From: Candidatus Saccharimonadota bacterium
Lineage (GTDB): Bacteria; Patescibacteriota; Gracilibacteria; BD1-5; UBA6164
Assembly (NCBI GenBank): GCA_965227835.1
Contig: OZ245768.1
Span: 1,050,001 to 1,082,000 of the forward strand
Length of the DNA: 32,000 bases
Reading direction: 5' to 3'
A program made the position numbers and the translations under genes. The notes beneath the pieces are model-generated. The model did no database searches. It was not told the origin of the DNA and saw only the letters and a list, made by a program, of their open reading frames with translations. Below are positions 10,655 through 18,568 of this stretch, piece by piece (position 1 is the first letter of the stretch; each line of letters begins with the position of its first letter).

Positions 10655-12904
10655 CTAAGCTCTTTCTATCTCTCCAACGTTCTGATTGCATAGGTCACAA
10701 ATTTTTGAATATAAATTTTTCAATTCATCTATTCCCATATCTAAAATAGGTTCATACATAAAAGAATTGAGATGAATATTCTCGGGAGTCATAATATTAA
10801 CGCTCTCCAACGTTCTGATTGCATTGGTGTGTAATTCGTATTCTTTAAATTCATCTTTATATCTTTGAAAGAGTTTTCCTGTTTGATTTCCAATAATTTC
10901 TTTTTTTTCAGTAACTTGCCACCACATGTATTGTTCTGCCTTTAGTCTAATTGCTATTGCGAGAATTATTTTATTTTCAAGATTAAAATCTGTGTCAGAA
11001 ATGTCATTGGCTATTTCTTCTATCTTAGAAAATACAATATCACTATCCCCAATAGATGAATCAAAATCATCTTTGTCTAAATACTGTTTATAAACTTTCT
11101 TTAAATGCCCAAAGTTTACTTTTTCTGTTCCAGACTTTTTGTGCAAAAGTTTCGTTAGCAGGTCAAAGTCCCCACTTGCCCAATCAAGCCCACTTACATT
11201 GTGATCAACTCCATATTCAATTAAGTTTCTCACAAAAGGGACAAGCGCAATTATATGCTTTATTGCATCTGCACTTGAATAATTTTTATCATAATATATG
11301 CCAACTGACATGCATTCTTTCCACGTTTTAAATGGTGCATTTTGGTATACCTCTTGGTTGAGTATTATCTCATCCTTATTTTTCATAGCATGAAGTCTGT
11401 TTTTTCGCTTAGTATTTAGTCGACTGCAAATTGTGCGATAAAAATCAAAGTTATGGGTGAAAATAATTGAATAAAAGCTTTCTTCTTTAGACAAATCACT
11501 TAGATATTCCACAATCGCATACTTATTCTTATAATCAAAAGAATCGGCAATATCGTCGATAATAAATAGTGTTTCTTTATCCTGTAATTTTCTAGATTTA
11601 ATTCCAAAAATGACATTCAAAAGATAAAAAGCTCTCTTTTCTCCTTGGCTTAGTATATTTTCAACCATATCTTGCCTATCAATAGTTTTTCCCATATATG
11701 AAAACTCTAGTGTTGGAGTTTCGTTTTTGAGCACAGCATCTGGTATATTTTTGATATGCATTTCAAATGGCATATCAACAAATCTGTTTTTGAACTCTGC
11801 AATGGCATCTTGCCATGCTCCTTTATTTTTATTTGCTTCATCTATTAGCTTTTTTAGCTCATCTTTTTTACTGTTGTAAGATTTAATTAATTCTTCAACT
11901 CCTGGCTGTATTTCCTTCAAAAAAGAATACCAAACAACTTTCCTAAACCCTTCGTAGTCCTTGAGTCGAGTGAGTAGTTCTGGATTTTTGTTAATAGCTA
12001 TTTTTAATCTTCGCAATTCCTTATTTCCGTCCAATGCTTTGTCTAATTTATCAAATGTCTTTTTTAAATCAGGGTTAGAAAAAATGCTTGAAATTTCTTT
12101 TTCGATAGTTTCTTCTAACTTACTTTGATTAGTAATTGATTCTCTATCATTTAATGATAGACCATGCCCAACAGAGAAATATTCTCCACCTTCTAGGCTC
12201 TTGTTAAGAGATTTTGCTTCAGCTGTTCCAAATGTGGTTCCATCCTTAGTGCTAAAAAAACTAGACTTTTCAATAAGGCTTTTATATTGCTGAAAATATT
12301 CTTCCAAAGTTTCCGAGTGATTTTCTAAAAATCCTTTAACTTTTCCATTTGCGTCAAAAACATCATTATATGCAAATTCAAATTTTTCTTTAGAGGCTTT
12401 TATTGATTCAATAATTCCCTCTAAAATCTCATAAATATTTTCCTTTTTTAGGTCAGCAAATGCTCCAAGAATTTCTTCTCCAAAATTTGAACTTCCAGAA
12501 ATCTTTTTTAGACCAGAGAAAGCCTTTGCTTTCTCGCCTTCAATCTCCTTATATATTTTTAAGTAGCGTTCTCTTTGGTTATCATCTGCTAGCAATATCA
12601 AAATATTTTTTTCAGAGTCTAGGACTTTTTCGTTATATGGCTCAATTACACAAAATTGCTTAGGATCTATTTTTGTGCCTTGTTCACTATCAATCAAAAA
12701 ATTATATTGAGATTCTAAATCAGGATTGACTTGATCACAGGGGTTTTTCCCATCAAATAAGGTTTTAGCTGTTTTAGCAAAAGACGTTTTCATCACCCCG
12801 TTTGGAGCATAGATCACAAAGGTTTTGCACTCTGAAAAATCAAACTCATGCTCAAGTTTTTTTATTCCATAACAATGCTCTAGTTCAATTTTTAACTTTT
12901 TCAC
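10655..12904 (-). CDS. PrrC/RloC-like ABC-type (AAA_13-like) ATPase with a long coiled-coil insert and a C-terminal putative anticodon-nuclease/HEPN-like region, 749 aa
   Basis: Uninterrupted ORF even under the standard code; GTG start 12904, TAG 10657-10655. Walker A-like VIYAPNGVMKTSF, ABC signature-like LSQGEKRAFY, Walker B LFIIDDIADSFD, H-loop IIFTHNFDFY. Then VPFVRNLIEY...LLHKKSG, an R-N-L-x-E...H pattern like the PrrC triad context as I recall it. Sits between hsdM and hsdS. Confidence 0.75.
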   Translation of the reverse strand: MKKLKIELEHCYGIKKLEHEFDFSECKTFVIYAPNGVMKTSFAKTAKTLFDGKNPCDQVNPDLESQYNFLIDSEQGTKIDPKQFCVIEPYNEKVLDSEKNILILLADDNQRERYLKIYKEIEGEKAKAFSGLKKISGSSNFGEEILGAFADLKKENIYEILEGIIESIKASKEKFEFAYNDVFDANGKVKGFLENHSETLEEYFQQYKSLIEKSSFFSTKDGTTFGTAEAKSLNKSLEGGEYFSVGHGLSLNDRESITNQSKLEETIEKEISSIFSNPDLKKTFDKLDKALDGNKELRRLKIAINKNPELLTRLKDYEGFRKVVWYSFLKEIQPGVEELIKSYNSKKDELKKLIDEANKNKGAWQDAIAEFKNRFVDMPFEMHIKNIPDAVLKNETPTLEFSYMGKTIDRQDMVENILSQGEKRAFYLLNVIFGIKSRKLQDKETLFIIDDIADSFDYKNKYAIVEYLSDLSKEESFYSIIFTHNFDFYRTICSRLNTKRKNRLHAMKNKDEIILNQEVYQNAPFKTWKECMSVGIYYDKNYSSADAIKHIIALVPFVRNLIEYGVDHNVSGLDWASGDFDLLTKLLHKKSGTEKVNFGHLKKVYKQYLDKDDFDSSIGDSDIVFSKIEEIANDISDTDFNLENKIILAIAIRLKAEQYMWWQVTEKKEIIGNQTGKLFQRYKDEFKEYELHTNAIRTLESVNIMTPENIHLNSFMYEPILDMGIDELKNLYSKICDLCNQNVGEIERA

Positions 12905-12922
12905 TTAGTTAGTAATAAAAAA

Positions 12923-13234
12923 TTAAGAATATATACCCCAATCTCTCGGTACATCCCAATCATATGGAGGATCCCAACTTATATAATCAGCTGGATCAAA
13001 ATGTTCATCTAAGATCTCTATATTTATAATATCTTCGCTCTTTGCTGACGAGGGATGCCCTGTTTCAATGTGCCAAGACCAATATCTCTTTATATTATCT
13101 TTAAATTTTTTTCAAACAGCATAATCATGGGGAATACATTTTCTTTCAATTATACCCTTTTCTTTGGAATTTCTTTCCATTAAGATAACTTTTTTTTCCT
13201 TGATTGCTTGTAAAAATTTGTCATGATTTGTCAT
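12923..13234 (-). CDS. hypothetical protein, 103 aa (orf103), between hsdM and the ATPase gene
   Basis: ATG 13234-13232, TAA 12925-12923, one in-frame TGA. Sequence MTNHDKFLQAIKEKKVILMERNSKEKGIIERKCIPHDYAVGKKFKDNIKRYWSWHIETGHP...WDVPRDWGIYS. Its stop is 18 nt upstream of the ATPase start. Confidence 0.6.
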
Positions 13235-13270
13235 AGTTTATTGTAGTTAAATTATAAAATATATACTAAA

Positions 13271-14818
13271 TTACTTAGCTTCTATCTCTGCAACTATCTC
13301 ATCTATTGATGACCTGAGAACACTCTGCTTTTCTACGATTTCTGCTATATCTTTATTGAGTTTTACTATATCAATAACTTCTCTTGTATCTTCCTGCTCC
13401 ACATAACTAGAAACAGCTATATTATAATCATTTGATTCTATTTCTGAGTTTTCTACAAGCCTAGAAATATAGTCTTTATCTTCCCTTTTTGTAAAACAAT
13501 CAAGTATATTTTTGATATTGTTTTCACTGAGTTTATTTTTGTTTCATCATCTAGTGCATTCATTTGTCGCATCAATAAAAAGAGTTTTGTTGTCTTTTTT
13601 AGATTTCTTTAAAACAATTATACAAGTAGCAATTGGGGTTCAGAAGAATAAATCAGATGGTAGCTGAATAACACTATCTATATAATTGTTATCAACTAAA
13701 TATTTTCTGATCTTTTGTTCTGCTCATCATCTATATAAAACTCATGGAAACTCTACTATAGCACAAGTCCCCGTCGTAGAAAGAAAAGACAACATATGCA
13801 TAGTAAAAGCTAGATCAGCCTTACTCTTTGGAGCAAGTACTCATGCTGGAGAAAAACGGGGATCATTTATCAAAATAGGACTAGAATCTCATTCCCATTT
13901 AATTGAATAAGGAGGGTTTGAAACAATTGCATCAAAAGGTCCACTATCCCAGTGATTGGGCTCTAAGAGAGTATCTCCATGAGTGATATCAAATTTCTCG
14001 TAGCTAATATCATGGAGAAACATATTGATACGACAAAGGTTGTAGGTAGTGAGATTTATTTCTTGTCAATAAAATCCCTGTCTTACATTTTCTTTTCATA
14101 GAACTTTAGCAAATTTTAGAAGTAAAGAACCAGAACCACAACACGGATCATATACTTTGTCTACTTCTTTTTTTCAAACAGTAGTTATTTTAGCCAAAAG
14201 TTCACTTACTTCTTGGGGAGTAAAAAACTCTCATCAAGATTTACCTGCATTTGAAGCATACATCGTCATGAGATACTCATAAGCATCTCCAAAAGCATCA
14301 ATACTATTATCAGCATAATTCCCTAGTTTTAAGTCTGCTATTGCTTCTAATAAGTCTGTAAGTTTTTTATTTCTTTGTTCTACTGTTGCACCGAGTTTAT
14401 TTGAGTTTACATCTAAATCATCAAATAATCCTTTTATATCATCTTCACTATCCGTCCCGCTTGCTGAAGCTTCTATATTTTTAAAAATTTGTGAAAGTGT
14501 TTCGTTTAAATTGGGATCATTTTTAGCTTTTTTCAAAACATTTACAAAAAGTTCACTTGGTAATATATAAAAACCTTTTTCTTTTACTGTTTCATCTCTT
14601 CAATATTCAGCATCATCATCAGATAGTTTTGCATAATCAAAATCAAACTCATCTTCGTCTTCATTTATGTATTTTATAAGATTTTCACTTATAAAACGAT
14701 AAAAAAGCATCCCTAAAACATATTGTTTAAAATCCCAACCATCAACACTTCCTCTAAGTTGGTTTGCTATCTGCCAAATAGATTTATGCAGCTCTGCTCT
14801 TTCTTGTTCTTTTGTCAT
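13271..14818 (-). CDS. hsdM: type I restriction enzyme M subunit (N6-adenine DNA methyltransferase), 515 aa
   Basis: ATG 14818-14816, TAA 13273-13271. HsdM N-terminal domain [36 protein letters not shown], AdoMet motif [12 protein letters not shown], catalytic [13 protein letters not shown]. About 13 in-frame TGA. Track fragments 14600-14818 and 14234-14536 are in the same frame. Confidence 0.95.
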
Positions 14819-15015
14819 ATACCTTTATTTTAGAAATTTATAAAACTTTTTAGTCTATCCTTAATATAAAAATAATGAAAAAAAAGTCTACTTGAAAATA
14901 GAATTTTAGGAACTCTGAAAGATTCACATCTAAAAAATAATCCCTATTGAAAATAATAAAAAATACATTAAATTGTAAACATAAATTTATATATTTTATA
15001 ATTTAAGAAATATTT

Positions 15016-16065
15016 ATGGAAAAGAAAAATCTAGGAAATACTGATATAAAAGTATCAAAAATATGTCTTTGAACTATGACATGGTGACATCAAAACACTG
15101 AAGAAGAAGCATATGAACAGCTTGATTATGCTTTAAATAATGGTGTGAACTTTGTAGATACAGCTGAACTTTATAGTGTTCCCCCTTCCAAAGAAACATA
15201 TGGTAAAACAGAAGAGTTTATATGAAATTGGTTTGAAAAAACTTGAAATAGAAAAAATATTATACTAGCTTCAAAAGTAGCTTGACCTTCTTTTTTTAGA
15301 CATATAAGAGGTTGATCAGGTTTTAGTAGAGAAGGAATTTTAAGTGCACTTGAAGATAGTTTAAAAAGATTAAAAACCGATTATATAGATTTATATCAGC
15401 TTCACTGGCCTGAAAGAAGTGTGCAGTTATGGTGAAAACTAAACTATGATGAAAAAAGTCATAGTGAATGAAATAGTGAGAAAATAGAAGAAATACTTAG
15501 TGTTTTAAAAGAAATACAAGATTCTTGAAAAGTTAGGTATTTTGGTTTATCAAACGAAACTCCTTGGGGACTTATGAAATTTTTGGAAATAGCTAAAAAT
15601 AAAAACTACCCTGAAATGGTAAGTATTCAAAATTGTTATAATGTCATAAGAAGAGATTATGAAGTAGGTTTATCAGAAATATCGATGGAAGAATGAGTTT
15701 GACTTTTGGCATATAGTCCACTAGCTTGATGAATATTAAGCTGAAAATACAATGATTGAAAATTTCCACCAAAAGCTCGTTTTTCCACATGGTGAAAGGG
15801 TAGAATGGGATATTATTTAAATGATAAAACATTTAGTTGTATAAAAGAATTGGAAAAACTAGCTTTGGAGCTTTGAATAAGTCTAACCGAGCTTTCTTTG
15901 GCTTTTGTAAATGATAGGAAATTTGTAAGTTCAAATATAATATGAGCAACTTCTATGGAACAGCTAAAAGAGTGTATTTGATCTGCAAAAATATCACTAA
16001 GTGATGAAGCTAGAAATAAAATAGATGAGATTTTTACAGCTTATCCTAATCCAGCTTGTTTTTAG
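15016..16065 (+). CDS. tas: NADP(H)-dependent aldo-keto reductase, Tas/YajO-like, 349 aa
   Basis: ATG 15016, TAG 16063-16065. [43 protein letters not shown]...DLYQLHWP...[10 protein letters not shown]...[16 protein letters not shown] is colinear with E. coli Tas as I recall it. Many conserved Gly are TGA (for example 15070-15072). Confidence 0.95.
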
Positions 16066-16138
16066 TTTGAGAGAGCGATAAGAATTTGGAATATATAGTT
16101 TTGTGTTATATGGAATGCAAAGGCAAACTAGAAAAAAT

Positions 16139-16170
16139 TCCCCAGTTTACACTGGGGAGTTTTCTTTTTT
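16139..16170 (+). terminator. intrinsic terminator downstream of tas
   Basis: Stem tccccagt/actgggga (16139-16146 / 16151-16158), loop ttac, then a T-rich tract gttttctttttt. Confidence 0.6.
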
Positions 16171-16280
16171 CAAAAAAACAAATTTCCTACAAAAGCAAAG
16201 AGCTAAAGCTCTCTGCCAGAAAAATCAAACTAAATATAAAAATTAGAGATATACTAAATTTGGGGTAACTTTTAATAAAA

Positions 16281-16340
16281 TCTATTTTCTATCTCTGTTC
16301 TACTCCCCTCTCCTACAAAGGAGAGGGGCTGGGGGTGAGG
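16281..16340. repeat. G/C-rich hairpin repeat family, copy A (3' of the 16368-17522 gene)
   Basis: tctattttctatctctgttctactCCCCTCTCCtacaaaGGAGAGGGGctgggggtgagg. 9-bp stem 16305-16313 / 16320-16328. Related copies at 20404-20487, 23216-23341, 27061-27202 and 31415-31580. Confidence 0.85.
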
Positions 16341-16367
16341 ATTATAAAAAAAACATCAATCCCCCTT

Positions 16368-17522
16368 CTAATAATTACCCATAGAATAATCAAAAAATCA
16401 TGTATCTTCATTATATTCATATATTATTCAATAATCTTCATATTGCTGATAATCTACAGGCAAATAATCAATATATTTCTCATCATACAAAACTTTGGCA
16501 CTACTTGCCGAAACTCAATCATTATCAAATTTATACTTCTCATTTGCATCTTCTACATAATACAAATTTAACTCACGAATAGCTTTATTTAAGAAATTGG
16601 AACACTGATTATCATTTTTAGGATCAAGATCTTTTTCTTCATCAAATTTACCAAAAATCTCATCTCTAGAATCACTAACATATTTTATCACAGAAGATGA
16701 AATTTTATCCTGCCTAAAAATTTGAAATCAAAGACTTTCTAATGTTTGACCATAAATACTACATACCTTATCTTCAGATTGATCAAGACTTTTTCACATA
16801 TTTAAAAACATCAAAAAAGATTTTTCTCTATCTCATCATTTTCATTTCATTATAGCAGCTAAAAGTTTAGCTCACTCTAGTCAGTCCTCATTGGCTGAAG
16901 CTATCTTGTAATAATCAGAAGATGTCTTTGGATCTTTTAAATGAAAATAATATATGTAGGCTAGATAATATGGAATTTCATAACTTCTACATGGATTTTT
17001 ATATTTATCTTGAGACCATATCTTCTGTAAATCATCTTGTTTTTTTATGAGTTCTATCTTTTGTAAATCGCAAAAGTTTTTTATTCATTTTAGTCAAATA
17101 CTTTCAGCTTGTTTTATATATTTTAATTGATTCTGACTATTTACATTTTCATATCTAGGATTGTAGTCTGGGAGTAACAACATTCACAATTTATAAGGTG
17201 CATCAAAATATGGGTTTAAATGTGTTGTAATATCAATTATTGAAAACAAGTATTTTTTATAAGCTGAACTTACTGCATTTCATCATATATATTGTATAGT
17301 TTCAAGCCATAACATATCAGCTCTTATATTCTCAAATCAAAAAGAACTAGCTTTGACAAATTCCTTTTTAGGGAGCTTTTCAGGATGATCTATGATTTTA
17401 CTTTTTATTTCTTTTAGCTGTATATAATTTGATTTATTGACCTCCAAAAAAAAATTGGACACAAAAAAAAGAAGTAAAAACAAAAAGAGTATTTTTGATA
17501 TTTTTCTAAAATTTTTGCTCAT
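16368..17522 (-). CDS. hypothetical secreted or membrane-anchored protein, 384 aa
   Basis: ATG 17522, TAG 16370-16368. Translated in full with TGA=Gly, with no internal TAA/TAG. N-terminal hydrophobic segment ILFLFLLLFFVSNFFL. No family recognised. Confidence 0.7.
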
Positions 17523-17543
17523 TTTTACAATCTTTGCTTGTAT

Positions 17544-18074
17544 TTAAATATCTTCTCAATCAATATCTATTTCAAGTTTTGAATCATTTTTATAAGTATG
17601 ACGAGGTCTATCAACATTATTTCTTGAAAGGATTATAAAAAGTCTTCTTTCTCTTCATTCTCATCTACTTTGGGTAAATATTTCTGGATCTTTTAAATCT
17701 GATATATAGCCATGTACTTTTTTTCTCTCGTAAGAGTTTAAGACAGGTAGTTTCATATTTCTTCCTGTTTCTTTGGCTTTATTTATTTCTTTGTCTATAA
17801 AAGAGAAAAGTTTCTGGTCTTTATTTTGAGCATAATCGTTTATTTCTAAACGAAGTTTGGTTTCTTCTCAAAATTTGCTTTTAAATAATTTTCTAAGCAA
17901 GGTTTGTAGAGACTGGAAAGTTACTCAATGTGTTCATATCATAATCCCTGAATCAGGAGTATCAATTTTTAGAAAAAATATGTTTTCTTCTTGCTTTGTA
18001 ACTTCTATTTTTTCTATATCAAGACCTAGTTTATCGAAAAAAGTGTGACTAAAATCTTTTATTTCTGCTACCAT
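17544..18074 (-). CDS. khpB: KH + R3H RNA-binding protein (KhpB/Jag/EloR-like), 176 aa
   Basis: ATG 18074 (an in-frame GTG at 18119 is an alternative start), TAA 17546-17544. KH-like GIMIGTHGVTFQSLQTLL and R3H motif LPVLNSYERKKVHGYIS. Confidence 0.8.
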
Positions 18075-18303
18075 AAAAATTGTTTGTTTATTTTTTAAAT
18101 TGAAAAGAATTTTAATCACAAATCCCCTTTTTACAAATTTTTGAAAATATTTTAATTTCTTTTTTTATCTAAAACAGCATTTTTGCAAAATTGTAATAAA
18201 TATATTAATATAATAATATAAATAAGTGAAAACTTGTTTTTCTTGATAGAAATAGCAGGTTTTACTATTTGTAAGATTTGCTGTTTTTTAACTTAAACCT
18301 TAC

Positions 18304-18308
18304 AGGAG
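18304..18308 (+). promoter_or_regulatory. Shine-Dalgarno-like AGGAG, 6 nt upstream of ATG 18315
   Basis: acAGGAGaaagtcATG. Confidence 0.5.
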
Positions 18309-18314
18309 AAAGTC

Positions 18315-18482
18315 ATGACACAATCTGAAGTTGTAAAACTTATGGAAAATAGCACATCAGAAGAAAACTGGCTCAAAAATGCCGACCAAGTAAAAAAAGC
18401 TTGTGGAGGATTTCCCAGCTTCTGGAATGATGCTATCGTCGAATCAGGATTGATGAAGAGGGTTACAACATCAAACTGGTAG
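18315..18482 (+). CDS. small hypothetical protein, 55 aa (below the ORF-track length cutoff)
   Basis: SD-like AGGAG, then ATG 18315 and TAG 18480-18482, followed directly by a strong terminator. MTQSEVVKLMENSTSEENWLKNADQVKKACGGFPSFWNDAIVESGLMKRVTTSNW. Visibly less AT-rich than its flanks. No TGA codon. Confidence 0.5.
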   Translation: MTQSEVVKLMENSTSEENWLKNADQVKKACGGFPSFWNDAIVESGLMKRVTTSNW

Positions 18483-18494
18483 ACAGCAAATCCC

Positions 18495-18533
18495 TAGGGC
18501 TATTGGTTTTAACCAATAGCCCTAAATTTTTTT
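18495..18533 (+). terminator. intrinsic terminator (12-bp perfect stem plus T-run) between convergent genes
   Basis: tagggctattgg (18495-18506) / ccaatagcccta (18513-18524), loop ttttaa, T-run 18527-18533. Confidence 0.8.
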
Positions 18534-18568
18534 ATAAATTTAGATATAATAAAGATTGTGCTAATATT

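Noticed and set aside
11056-11331. Plus-strand track ORFs lying inside minus-strand genes, and the reverse case: 346-603, 1545-1766, 3812-4058, 4666-4926, 5700-5891, 7743-8006, 11056-11331, 12460-12663, 13686-13910, 15644-15832, 16335-16582, 17857-18048, 18503-18703, 21043-21321, 22089-22337, 22871-23419, 25153-25671, 27618-27869, 28815-29033, 29099-29368.
   Set aside because: Each is antisense to, or off-frame within, a longer gene with clear family motifs. Their products are low-complexity, hydrophobic or AT-codon artefacts. None has independent support.
10655-12904. Calling the ATPase a canonical RloC with a Rad50-like zinc hook.
   Set aside because: There is no cysteine between residues ~90 and ~490, so no CxxC at a coiled-coil apex. 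The only CxxC is at the extreme C-terminus. It is therefore labelled PrrC/RloC-like only.
14819-15015. Sigma70-like -35/-10 promoter calls, for example ttgtaa (14973-14978) - 18 nt - tataat (14997-15002) upstream of tas, and ttgcaa/taatat at about 18183-18211.
   Set aside because: Hexamers like these occur by chance throughout DNA this AT-rich, and I cannot score them without a background model. They are not reported as features.
16341-16367. Stop-codon read-through of the 16368-17522 gene (and of DUF58) into the in-frame repeat copies downstream.
   Set aside because: TAG and TAA are the only stops left in this code and terminate all other genes. DUF58 has a second in-frame TAA 15 nt later. 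The in-frame placement of two copies has roughly a 1-in-9 chance expectation.
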